A DNA stretch of 27,666 nucleotides from an uncultured bacterium (GCA_964549305.1 CAZJVM010000034.1:1-27666), one strand, 5' to 3'; counted from the first letter of the stretch, positions 9,121-18,233 are shown. Notes: generated by a model not told the origin, from the sequence alone. Made by a program: numbers and translations.

Positions 9121-9521
9121 TGTTTTTTATTTATACAGATGTCGTAATTGTCAAATATAGTGAGAATATTCAATATTCCGGCAACAAGCAGATATGTACC
9201 TCCTATCTCATCGAATGCGAGGACACCCTTCAACCCCTTTACTGTGAAGTTGCATATCCAGAATATGATGCCGTCAAACAACTGAATCGTAACTGCCGAA
9301 AGCTGAATTATGTCAAAAAGTCCGGGATTGCTCAATTCGCCTTCAGGAAGAAAAAACGACCCTAAAATGTAAAATCCCGCAATTGACAGGGAAGTGACTA
9401 CGAGAAATGTAATCAATGCCCTTATTTTTTTACCGAGTATGAAATATCCCGCACCGGGTAAAATAATTCCGGCGATACAGACATATGCCTTTGAGGGGGT
9501 CGGGTTATTGTTTTCTGCCAT
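9117..9521 (-). CDS. Membrane protein (DUF6677-like)
   Basis: ILPGAGYFILGKKIRA...EIGGTYLLVAGILNILTIFD.YD pattern; ~4 hydrophobic segments. Confidence 0.75.
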   Translation of the reverse strand: MAENNNPTPSKAYVCIAGIILPGAGYFILGKKIRALITFLVVTSLSIAGFYILGSFFLPEGELSNPGLFDIIQLSAVTIQLFDGIIFWICNFTVKGLKGVLAFDEIGGTYLLVAGILNILTIFDNYDICINKKQ

Positions 9522-9551
9522 ATCCGAATTTAATTTTAAATTTAAAGTCGG

Positions 9552-9580
9552 AGAGTATCACTTTCAAAGTTTATAATCAA
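9552..9580 (-). promoter_or_regulatory. Putative sigma70 promoter with adjacent operator-like palindrome
   Basis: Minus strand TTGATT-17 bp-TACTCT with extended TG. It is immediately followed by a 30-bp imperfect palindrome at 9523-9552. Confidence 0.5.
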
Positions 9581-9664
9581 GGGGTGATGCAATAGTGTGA
9601 AGGCGTCAGCAAAAAAAAAATCAACTGAAACGATGGATGCCGGAAATTCTTTCGATATTTCGCC

Positions 9665-10405
9665 TTACATCATTGCCTTCATAAACTTGCCGAAGTTTTC
9701 TTCGCCGTAGACATCCTTTATGACTTTTCCCATCCTGTCCGTGTCACGCATTCCGGCAAACTGTGCCATAATCCGAGCCTGTTGTTTCTTTCTCAATTCA
9801 TCGCCGCCGTTTTCAGATTCTCTGAACATTCTAATCCAAAGCTTTATATACTCTCCGGCAAGACTTTTTACAGTTCCGGATTTTTCAACGGTTGTTTCGG
9901 CAATCATAAATATGGGCGATGTGTGTGTGCGTACCCAGGTCGTCCTTTCGTGAACGGGGATTACCTTAAGCCCTTTTTCCGTTGAATAGGTTTTGAAAAC
10001 ATCACTGAAGGCGTCGATGTATTTCATAGTGAAGTCGTAGTCCGTAACAAGGTCAAATCCGAAGGAAAAATCCGTGTCAAAGTAATATGTGCCATCCTTT
10101 GCAATGATTGTGTTTATTCCCCACGAAGGTATCTTGTAAGCGTAGTCCGGTTTTACTACGAAAAGTTCGGCATCGGTTACAATCTGATTGTTTCTGTGAG
10201 GCACGGGAATTCCTTCACCGAATTTAAAATGTACCATTGATACATTGTCTATTCCTTCTCCCTTGTATTTTCTTATAGTTCCCCCGTCTTTGCCGTCGGG
10301 GAGACGGAGTTGCTCAAGGTCTTCAAGACCGGTAATCCTTTCAAGGGGTATTTCCTTTGAAAGCGCATCGAAGCAATATTCGGGCAATGATTGTTTTTCC
10401 ATCAT
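9665..10405 (-). CDS. Red chlorophyll catabolite reductase / ferredoxin-dependent bilin reductase (FDBR)-like protein
   Basis: 246 aa from ATG 10405 (RBS AAGGAG). The ORF-track extension to 10630 overlaps the upstream gene. Pattern P.Y.IP.WG...D....FDLVTDYDFTMKY...WVRTHTSP...EYIKLW...D.MGKVIKDVYGEE follows the RCCR/FDBR layout. Recognised by eye. Confidence 0.6.
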   Translation of the reverse strand: MMEKQSLPEYCFDALSKEIPLERITGLEDLEQLRLPDGKDGGTIRKYKGEGIDNVSMVHFKFGEGIPVPHRNNQIVTDAELFVVKPDYAYKIPSWGINTIIAKDGTYYFDTDFSFGFDLVTDYDFTMKYIDAFSDVFKTYSTEKGLKVIPVHERTTWVRTHTSPIFMIAETTVEKSGTVKSLAGEYIKLWIRMFRESENGGDELRKKQQARIMAQFAGMRDTDRMGKVIKDVYGEENFGKFMKAMM

Positions 10406-10500
10406 TCTTTCTCCTTTTAAATGAAATCGTGTTCGGCGTTGTTTTTCAGAATACATATCTGATTTTATAAATATTTCCAAGCCAAAGGTTATAACGCGAA

Positions 10501-11352
10501 TTAGAGTGCAACTTTTCTGTGAAGGGCGATTTCGATAAAAAGGGCGCAAAAAGCCACGGCAAGCAGTGCGGGAGTGTGGATATAGAGTCGGTTGTAAAAG
10601 AGTTCGATAATGAAAAATAAGTGAAGGCACAGGCGTATGAAAAAGATTACAGGATGAATATCCGAATTTATTAATTCCTTCCTTCGTCGTGAATCTATAA
10701 GTGGAATAAGGATAAAAGTGAAGACTATGGCAATGAATGTGAGAAGTTTCGTGTTTTCATCGAGGTTGAAATAATTATTGAAGCTTCCAATTAACAGGAT
10801 TCCGGTGAAAAGTCCCGCGTAGGATAAAAAAGGCACAACCGAAATGAGCGCGAGGAACTTCCTGTTTTTCATCCAGAGTTTTCTAATAATCCTGCAAAAG
10901 AGTGAAAAGAAAAAAACTACAAACATCCACGCATAAAGGTTTCCCGCAGGCACACCAAACCATCCTTCCGAAAGGGGTATTTTCCAGTGCCAGTATCCGA
11001 GTCGAATAGCTACGGCATCAACGGATAGGTCAATCAGCACGGCAAGCAGGGCATCGGCGAAGGGTCTGATAAATTCCGAAAGGTGGTAGGCATCGGTAAC
11101 CTGCATACCGCTGTAAATGATTATTGACCAGGCGAGGGCGATTACAATGGGCACATTACCTATAACAAGCGTGTAACCTTCTCCATAGTGATAGGTTTTG
11201 AAAAAAAGCATATCGAGCTCTTCGAACAAAAGCGCGTAAAGAAAGGCGGTGGCAACCTCAGCGCGGTGACAGGGCGTACGCCTCGTGGAATGCCACAGGG
11301 TAATTATAAAAACCCCCAGCACGCAGACTTCAAAGAAAATGAAAGATTTCAT
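10501..11352 (-). CDS. CruF-like (DUF422, carotenoid biosynthesis family) membrane protein
   Basis: E...YHY...IGNVPIVIALAW...IDLSVDAVAIRLGYWHW...WFGVPAGNLYAW signature; multi-TM. Confidence 0.75.
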   Translation of the reverse strand: MKSFIFFEVCVLGVFIITLWHSTRRTPCHRAEVATAFLYALLFEELDMLFFKTYHYGEGYTLVIGNVPIVIALAWSIIIYSGMQVTDAYHLSEFIRPFADALLAVLIDLSVDAVAIRLGYWHWKIPLSEGWFGVPAGNLYAWMFVVFFFSLFCRIIRKLWMKNRKFLALISVVPFLSYAGLFTGILLIGSFNNYFNLDENTKLLTFIAIVFTFILIPLIDSRRRKELINSDIHPVIFFIRLCLHLFFIIELFYNRLYIHTPALLAVAFCALFIEIALHRKVAL

Positions 11353-11538
11353 AAATAACCTTTGATATTTTTAAACTATATTTGCCCTGTTATATTTGTT
11401 TCCGGTGCCATTATTTGGAATGAATAAGCCCGTCAGCGCTATTCAATAACAGGCGCCGGCATTTTCACTGTTGATGTTACATTATTTTTCTGGTTAAAAA
11501 CCATTTAAAACTCATTATCTATATAAAGGGGCAATACT

Positions 11539-12309
11539 ATGGATATGGAAGAAAAATTCGGAAAAATGAGGAGCGTAACTCAGGAAATGGCTTCTGCCAT
11601 TGACGGAGGCAGGGAATGGGAAGAAAAGAAATGGAATGTGGAGGAGGGAAGTTTCAATATTTCCATAATAAGGGGTGAGTCCGTGCAGAAGGCATCGATA
11701 GGACGAATCAGACTTAGTGTGGACAAAAAAATCACAGGACCCGGAAATGAAGTCGTGAATCCTATGAAACTAAACAGTTGCCAGTTGAATGTCTATCCTT
11801 CAAATCCTCTGCTTCCCGTGGCATACCTCAACCTTGAAAATCGCGTAATCGAAGATGAATCAGATACACTTGGCGGTTATTTGAGCATATTTCCCATGAA
11901 GGATGAGGGAGAAATAATCAATCCCCTGCGTGATATCGTTGACTCGAAAATTTCCCAATACGGCAAGGACAAGAATGAAGTTATGAGGGCTTATGATGCC
12001 ATGTGGCAGGATTTGGATTGGGAATTCAAGGGTGAAAAAGGAATAGGAATGAAAATCAAGGCAGACAAAGACGACGCGGAATTTGTTTTTGATATGCTCC
12101 TCTCGCTACTCGAAGGCTTTTTTGACTGTCTGTCGAAATTCAATGACAGACATTTCAATGCTGAAGATGAGGAAAGGATGTATCTGTTCCGTTACAGGAT
12201 AACGGAGTTTATTATTCTTAAAGATGCAAGCAGTAAGTTTGTCTTTGGCAAGGGTCTTCCCCTCGAGACTATTTCATCTATGATTCTGCCACCTGTGGTA
12301 AAACTTTAG
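11539..12309 (+). CDS. Divergent coproporphyrinogen III oxidase (HemF)-fold protein
   Basis: IIRGESVQKA, YPSNPLLPVAYLNLE (cf. HP.NP..PT.H.N.R), LGGYLSIFP (cf. FGGG.DLTP), KGIG (cf. RGIGG), FRYRITEFIILKDASSKF...LETISSMILPPVVKL (cf. RRGRYVEFNL..DRGT.F...ESILMSLPP...W). RBS AAGGGG. Confidence 0.65.
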   Translation: MDMEEKFGKMRSVTQEMASAIDGGREWEEKKWNVEEGSFNISIIRGESVQKASIGRIRLSVDKKITGPGNEVVNPMKLNSCQLNVYPSNPLLPVAYLNLENRVIEDESDTLGGYLSIFPMKDEGEIINPLRDIVDSKISQYGKDKNEVMRAYDAMWQDLDWEFKGEKGIGMKIKADKDDAEFVFDMLLSLLEGFFDCLSKFNDRHFNAEDEERMYLFRYRITEFIILKDASSKFVFGKGLPLETISSMILPPVVKL

Positions 12310-12337
12310 GTGCGGATTTTAAGAGCAGGTGCGGTTT

Positions 12338-14278
12338 TCAACCGCCTCTTTTTGCGGTGAGAAAGTTTTCAAGGGTCCTTATCTTCTCTTCAAGTGACGC
12401 GTCTTTAGTGTCGAGGTTTCTCGCTTTCTTGTAAACCCTCAAAGAGTTCGCGTATTTTCCGGATTTGTAATAAGCATCGGCTAACTGCTTCAGGAAATCC
12501 GCCTTATTGGTGAAACGGTCGCTTGCGTAATCGAGGTCATTTTCGGAATCTTCAAGCTCTCCTTTTTTTATAAATACTGATGCCCGCACGATATAAGCCT
12601 TGTTTTCCGCTGTTTTATCCAATTCTATCGCTTTGTTCAGATAAAAAAGAGATTTATCGTAACTGCCCTCAATGGCGTAAAGGTTTCCAATGTTTATGTA
12701 CGGAGAAATGTATTCCGGATTCAACTTTATCGATTCTTCAAACTCCTTCAATGCTTCCCGGGATTTACCTTTGATTGCGAAGACTACGCCGAGATTGTTT
12801 CGAAGGTATCCGTCAGCAGAATTTAATTCGAGCGCTTTCAGGTAATAAGTCAAAGCATTGTCAATATCGTTCTTATCAAAATAAATATTCCCAATATTCA
12901 CATAGGCGTAACTCATTTTTGGATTTAGAGCTATTGCGGAATTGAACAGCTTTATGGCGTTTTCCAAATCTCTCTTTGCCTTATATGCAAGACCCAAATT
13001 AAATCTTGCGCGCGCGAATTTCGGATTCATTTCTACCTGGTTGGAGAAAAGCGTCAATTCATTCTTCCAGATTTTATTCCTTGCAAAGGAAATTGATGAA
13101 TAGGAAATCACCGTGATTGATAAAAGCATGGCGGTAATCACCTGAAGGGCAATTTTCTTCCTGTTTTGAAAATTCCTCAGCATGCCGGAAATGAATATTC
13201 CCCCAATCAGCGCGATTCCCACAGAAGGCAGATAAAGAAAATGCTCGCTCTTTACATTGGGCGAGAAGGGAATGATGTTCGATATGGGAATAAATACCGC
13301 CGCGCTCCAGCAAAAGGCGAAAAGTAAAAGTTTTTTGAACCTGCCTAAGAGAGAATAAAGGACAATCAGAAACAATGCGGTAAGAATGAGAAATAAAAGA
13401 GTCCACGCCGAAATTCCATAAGACTTTCCCGGAGGATAGAGTGTGTTAAGGTTAAAGGGGAAAAGCAGTAACTGTATATAGTCGCTAAGGACTCCAAACA
13501 TTGGCGAAATTCTCCGCGCCACTGAATCAGCAGATGATGAGGGAATGAAATTTACTCCCATCGCTTCAATCCTCAAAAAAAAGTAAAGGACAACAGCGGG
13601 AATGAACGCAAAATAGGCGAAGAGTTTCTTTTTTAAAAACTCAGCGACTGCGCCCTCATTATAAATGATTTCGTAAAGTATCAGCGCGAGAGGAAGGGTT
13701 ACTGCCATTTCCTTTGAAAGCAGTGAGGCAAAAAAGCAGAGAGATGACAAAGAGAGAAAAAGATGTGAGGGAAATCCCTTTCTGCCCCGTGATTCCATAA
13801 AAAGGTAGAAGGCGATAATGTAGAAAAGCGCGCATAAAATATCTGTCCTTCCGGAAATCCACGCCACTGATTGAGTATGAATCGGATGCGAAGCGAAGAT
13901 GAGAGCGCTTATGAAAGATACTTCGATGTTTCCGTCTATCTTTAAAATCAGAAGGAAGACTGCCAGAGTCACAAGGCAGTGCAGAAGTATATTGGTTAAA
14001 TGGAAACCTCTCCCGTCAACTCCCCATATACTGTAATCCGCCACATATGAAATCATTATCGCCGGACGGTAAAAGAGTATATCCTTGCCGAACTGCGAAG
14101 GATGCCCGTAAGGTGACAGCAGAAGTTTAGGAATATTGCCTATGCTTCTTATATCAGGATTGTCCCGGGCAATATCCACGTCATCCCAAACAAAGTCGTG
14201 GTTGAGCGTGTTGCAATAGGTGATCAGGGAAACTGCTATGAGAATCGCAATGATATATTTTTTTTCAATGACAGGCAC
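12338..14278 (-). CDS. TMTC-like GT-C glycosyltransferase with C-terminal TPR repeats
   Basis: FVWDD, FYRP, FHLTNILLH, FASHPIHTQSVAWISGRTD, LLSKE, EHFLYLPSVG, RNKIWKNE, then ~6-7 TPRs. The start is uncertain: GTG 14278 is preferred because the ORF-track start at 14392 leaves only 26 bp to the divergent gene. Confidence 0.88.
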   Translation of the reverse strand: MPVIEKKYIIAILIAVSLITYCNTLNHDFVWDDVDIARDNPDIRSIGNIPKLLLSPYGHPSQFGKDILFYRPAIMISYVADYSIWGVDGRGFHLTNILLHCLVTLAVFLLILKIDGNIEVSFISALIFASHPIHTQSVAWISGRTDILCALFYIIAFYLFMESRGRKGFPSHLFLSLSSLCFFASLLSKEMAVTLPLALILYEIIYNEGAVAEFLKKKLFAYFAFIPAVVLYFFLRIEAMGVNFIPSSSADSVARRISPMFGVLSDYIQLLLFPFNLNTLYPPGKSYGISAWTLLFLILTALFLIVLYSLLGRFKKLLLFAFCWSAAVFIPISNIIPFSPNVKSEHFLYLPSVGIALIGGIFISGMLRNFQNRKKIALQVITAMLLSITVISYSSISFARNKIWKNELTLFSNQVEMNPKFARARFNLGLAYKAKRDLENAIKLFNSAIALNPKMSYAYVNIGNIYFDKNDIDNALTYYLKALELNSADGYLRNNLGVVFAIKGKSREALKEFEESIKLNPEYISPYINIGNLYAIEGSYDKSLFYLNKAIELDKTAENKAYIVRASVFIKKGELEDSENDLDYASDRFTNKADFLKQLADAYYKSGKYANSLRVYKKARNLDTKDASLEEKIRTLENFLTAKRGG

Positions 14279-14418
14279 TTTCGGAAATATTAGCTTATCC
14301 CTTTTAAAGTTACATATGCTTGAGAAAATTTTATCATTTATTGCCTTGAGTAAAAAACTTTTATTTTTTATATTTAAAATCATGGGAATCAAAACTATCT
14401 AATCACTGGGGAAATAAT

Positions 14419-16593
14419 ATGAAAAAATTCTTTTGTCTTCCGCTCTTTATTTCTGTTTTTTTATTTTGCACATTGCCTGCTTCCGCGGTGCAGTGGGAAA
14501 ATATCGGTCCGGGCGGAGGCGGTTATTTAATGTCCTGTGCCATTCAGCCTGATAATGCCAATATTATGTACATAGGAAGTGATGTGGCGGGTATCCACAA
14601 GACGACAGACGGAGGAGCGACCTGGACGAAAGCAAATAATGGTCTCGCTTCTTCAACTACAAGCGCTGATGCCTACGGAATCGAAAACATTATAATAGAC
14701 CATACGGACTACAATATTCTCTATGCAGCGGGATGGGGAGGTGTTTTCAAGACTACTGATGCAGGCGCGTCCTGGACAAGGATTTTTAAAAAAAGCAGAA
14801 GTTTCGGCGCTTTGGCAATCGACCCCGCGGACCATAATATCGTTTACGCGGGAATCGGCGAGCTCGATACAGATATGGACGGCAAGGGTGAACTCTACAG
14901 AAGTACCGACGGTGGACAAAACTGGGAGAAGATAAGCAGCGGATTTCACCGGAAAGCGGTTATTTACGGTGTCGCCATAGACCCCGATTCATCGCCTTCG
15001 TCACGGACAATAATCGTTGGTACCGGAAAAGGCGTTTACAAGAGCACAGACGGAGGGGAAAACTGGCAAAAAGCGAATTCAGGGATTTCCGTAAAGAACA
15101 TTCGTATGATGGATTCACTTTATAAAAACGGCACTCTCACAATATATATAATTTCCTATAACAAGCGTAAAAAAAAGCTCGGTGTCTACCGCTCAGACAA
15201 TCTCGCGTCGAGCTGGAAAAATGCCAAAGGGGATTTGCCTGAAGTACCTTTTTCCGAGATAAAAATCAGTCCCGCCGACCCTGACACTGCATATGCGGGC
15301 AACTGGGTGTGGAAGAAAAAACCATTGGGAGTCTATAAAACGACAGACGGAGGCGCCACGTGGACTTTCCTTTCAAAAGAAAAGAATATGACATTCGGCT
15401 GGCTTTTCAAATGGTGGAATCAGGAGGGAGCAAGTTATTTGTGCGTATCGGAAAGCAACCCTGATATTATAGTTTATGGTGAAACATCGGTTTTCAAGAC
15501 AACCGACGGAGGCGAGAAATGGGTGCAGGCATACACGACGGATTTGGGGAACAAAAAGTATCACGGCGAGGGACTTGCGCCCACGTATGCCTATACCGTC
15601 GCTTTTGACCCCGATGACAAGGACAGGTATTATATCGGTTATGAGGACATCGGTGTTTGGCGTACTGAAGACGGTGGAAGTTCATTTATTTATCCCACGG
15701 GCGTTAATAAAGTTGCCGAAGATTTCGACGCGGTAAGCTCGATTGCAATCGACCCCGCGGTAACTTCGACAATTTTTATGAGTCTGGCGCCTTCGGGGAT
15801 TGCCACTGACAGAGGATACACATCGACAAAGGGTTATATTTTAAAAAGTACCGATTACGGCGCAAACTGGTCTGTCGTTGGAAACAAGAAATCGGGATTT
15901 CCGGGCGGTGCGGCGAAAATTATCATAGACCCGTCTTCGCAAACATCATCACGAACGGTTTTTGCCGCTGTGTATAAGAGGGGAATTTACAAGTCTGTTG
16001 ACGGAGGCGCATCGTGGAAGCCATCATCTTCGGGCTTTGGCAAAAAGAAAAAGGGGGTATGGAGCATTGTATTTGACCCTTCAAAAAGCAGTACTCTTTA
16101 CGCGGGCATCAACTCATTCAACGGCAAGAAGGGCGGATTATACAAATCAACTGATTCAGGAAATAAATGGGTTAAACTCAAAGGAATCGGAAAATCAGAT
16201 GTGATAGATGTCATAGCTGATAAAAACAACGCGAATACGCTTTATGCCTGCGCCCTCGGTAAAAAATGGAAAAAAGGCGGACTCTACAAGAGCACCGACG
16301 GCGGGCAGAACTGGAATCTCATCCTTGATAAAAGATATATGTTTGCCGCGGTCATCGACCCGTCAAACTCAAACAGAATATTTGCCGCGGCATCGCAGTG
16401 GTGGGCAAGCGGCAAGAATCCCGATTTTGGCATTTTTGAAAGCACAGACGGCGGAAGCAACTGGTCAAAAATCGATTCACCGCCGCACCTCTATATAGAC
16501 TATCTGGGAATCAATCCGCTCAATCCCGATTATCTATATGTTGGGTCGCACGGAGGAGGGCTTTTCACCGGTAATATCAACCAGGCTAATTAG
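14419..16593 (+). CDS. Secreted BNR/Asp-box double beta-propeller, GH74/Vps10-like
   Basis: Signal peptide (ASA-V), 13 Asp-box repeats (e.g. YKSTDGG..W), N-terminal WENIGPGGGGY, SDVAG and YEDIG motifs. Confidence 0.85.
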   Translation: MKKFFCLPLFISVFLFCTLPASAVQWENIGPGGGGYLMSCAIQPDNANIMYIGSDVAGIHKTTDGGATWTKANNGLASSTTSADAYGIENIIIDHTDYNILYAAGWGGVFKTTDAGASWTRIFKKSRSFGALAIDPADHNIVYAGIGELDTDMDGKGELYRSTDGGQNWEKISSGFHRKAVIYGVAIDPDSSPSSRTIIVGTGKGVYKSTDGGENWQKANSGISVKNIRMMDSLYKNGTLTIYIISYNKRKKKLGVYRSDNLASSWKNAKGDLPEVPFSEIKISPADPDTAYAGNWVWKKKPLGVYKTTDGGATWTFLSKEKNMTFGWLFKWWNQEGASYLCVSESNPDIIVYGETSVFKTTDGGEKWVQAYTTDLGNKKYHGEGLAPTYAYTVAFDPDDKDRYYIGYEDIGVWRTEDGGSSFIYPTGVNKVAEDFDAVSSIAIDPAVTSTIFMSLAPSGIATDRGYTSTKGYILKSTDYGANWSVVGNKKSGFPGGAAKIIIDPSSQTSSRTVFAAVYKRGIYKSVDGGASWKPSSSGFGKKKKGVWSIVFDPSKSSTLYAGINSFNGKKGGLYKSTDSGNKWVKLKGIGKSDVIDVIADKNNANTLYACALGKKWKKGGLYKSTDGGQNWNLILDKRYMFAAVIDPSNSNRIFAAASQWWASGKNPDFGIFESTDGGSNWSKIDSPPHLYIDYLGINPLNPDYLYVGSHGGGLFTGNINQAN

Positions 16594-17719
16594 CATTCCT
16601 TGATTCGAGAAGCATTATGATGAAGAAGATGAATCCCATCGCGCACATTGGGTAAAAAAGAAATTTGATGCCGAGATAATTTGTGAACGCTCCCGTAACT
16701 ATTGGACCTATGATGCTTCCGAAACCGAAAGCGAAGGAGAATGTGGAGTTTGCCGCGCCCATCTGCTCGGCGGGAACAAGGTCAGCGATGAGTGAAAGAG
16801 CTATGGGATAGATTCCTCCCGCGACGAATCCCACTCCGAAAATAAGCCCGAGAATAGTATAATAATTGGGTGAAAGATTGAATGAAAATGTGAGGCAGGC
16901 AAGAATTCCCGCAAGAATGTAGAGAGATTTTCTCTTTCCGATTCTGTCTGATATATGTCCTATGGGCACAGGCGACAACATTCCGCCCCCCGCGAAAAAC
17001 ATAAAAATAGTTCCAAGCGCCGCGCCGCGGATATTTATTGAATCGAGATAAAGCGACAGGAATACTCCGATGCTTACTTCAATAAAAGCATATGAGCATC
17101 CCGCAAGAATGGGTGTTTTGAGAATTTTGACAAGCTCTAACATTGCAAAGCGTTTTTCCTTTTTTTCAACTTTTTGTTCGCTGAAGAAAACCATTATCGC
17201 GCCTGTGGACGCAATGAACATCGATGTGCAGAAGAAGAAAGGAAGTTCGCGCCATACATCAAAGAGAGACGCGCCTATGACGGGACCAAGACCAAATCCC
17301 AGTCCGAAAACGAGAGTGTAATATGCCATATTTTTTGAACGGTTTTCTGGAGAGGAAAGAATATTTATTGCCGCCTCCGTTGCCACAAAGAGGCAGGCAT
17401 TTCCTACGCCCTGAATACCGCGAATCAGGTAAAAAAGCGCTGTCGTATGAACAAGAGGGAAAAAAAGGGCAGGGACACCATAGAGCAGCAAGCCGGTAAT
17501 TATAATCGTTCTGCTTCCCGCCTTATCAACGAGTTTTCCCACGTAAAGCGTTGCCGCGGTGAAGGTGAAAAAAAATGTCGAGCCGATTTGCCCGATTGTC
17601 ATTAGATTGATGCCGGCATCTTTGAGTACGAGGGGAATAATCGGAGTGATAAAACTCATACCGAAACCCGTCAGAGTTACGGCAAATAATATGGGGATTA
17701 GTCCTTTATCAAGTTTCAT
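16586..17719 (-). CDS. MFS transporter
   Basis: ~12 TM. Motif A GKLVDKAGSR and GHISDRIGKR; GFGLGPVIG. The start overlaps the moaB stop by 11 bp and the end overlaps the convergent gene by 8 bp. Confidence 0.92.
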   Translation of the reverse strand: MKLDKGLIPILFAVTLTGFGMSFITPIIPLVLKDAGINLMTIGQIGSTFFFTFTAATLYVGKLVDKAGSRTIIITGLLLYGVPALFFPLVHTTALFYLIRGIQGVGNACLFVATEAAINILSSPENRSKNMAYYTLVFGLGFGLGPVIGASLFDVWRELPFFFCTSMFIASTGAIMVFFSEQKVEKKEKRFAMLELVKILKTPILAGCSYAFIEVSIGVFLSLYLDSINIRGAALGTIFMFFAGGGMLSPVPIGHISDRIGKRKSLYILAGILACLTFSFNLSPNYYTILGLIFGVGFVAGGIYPIALSLIADLVPAEQMGAANSTFSFAFGFGSIIGPIVTGAFTNYLGIKFLFYPMCAMGFIFFIIMLLESRNAN

Positions 17720-18233
17720 TAGCGGAGAGGTGCTTTCTCAATTCCCAAAGTATATGGGAAAGTTCGGGAATGATAAGTTTCTCGAGAGCAAGGGAAACAG
17801 CACCTCGTGAACCGGGAATGGAAATGATTACTTTTCCGTTTTTAATGCCTGCCGTCGCGCGCGACATTATCGCGGCGGAACCGATATCCTCATAACTTAA
17901 ATGGCGGAATATTTCACCGAATCCGGTGAGTGTTTTATCGAGAATGCCTTCAATCGCTTCGAAGGTAGAATCCCTGAGTGATATGCCCGTACCGCCGTTT
18001 AAGATGATTGCGTCTATATTATCTTTTCCTGATTCTTCAATGACGGTGTTTTTGATTATTTCCGGCTCATCGGGAAGAATTATTTTAGATACGACGGTGT
18101 GTCCGGCATTTGTCAATTCTTCAGAAATCAGCTTTCCGCTTGTATCGGTTTCATCTGTGCGCGTATCGCTAACTGTTATGATAAAGCAGTTTGCCTTTAT
18201 TTTCGCTTTTTCCCTGTGGTCTTTGTGCCCCAT
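17709..18233 (-). CDS. moaB: Molybdenum cofactor biosynthesis protein B (MogA/MoaB family)
   Basis: ITVSDTR...DTSG, ILPDE, NGGTGISLRDSTFEA, GFGEIFR.LSY..IGSAAIMSRA.AG, PGS. Confidence 0.93.
   Translation of the reverse strand: MGHKDHREKAKIKANCFIITVSDTRTDETDTSGKLISEELTNAGHTVVSKIILPDEPEIIKNTVIEESGKDNIDAIILNGGTGISLRDSTFEAIEGILDKTLTGFGEIFRHLSYEDIGSAAIMSRATAGIKNGKVIISIPGSRGAVSLALEKLIIPELSHILWELRKHLSANET

Noticed and set aside
6535-9521. PolB as the core of a prophage, pipolin or casposon
   Set aside because: No integrase, Cas1, terminal repeats or structural genes. The host-type clamp motif and housekeeping context argue against it.
10406-10630. N-terminal extension of the 321-aa ORF
   Set aside because: It overlaps the CruF-like gene; the strong RBS before ATG 10405 marks the real start.
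11395-11410. TGGCAC sigma54-like -24 element on the minus strand
   Set aside because: No TTGC at the -12 position.
14595-16465. Recurrent AAGAGCAC(A/C)GACGG-like DNA repeats
   Set aside because: They encode Asp-box motifs with variable third positions; not CRISPR or a diversity-generating repeat.
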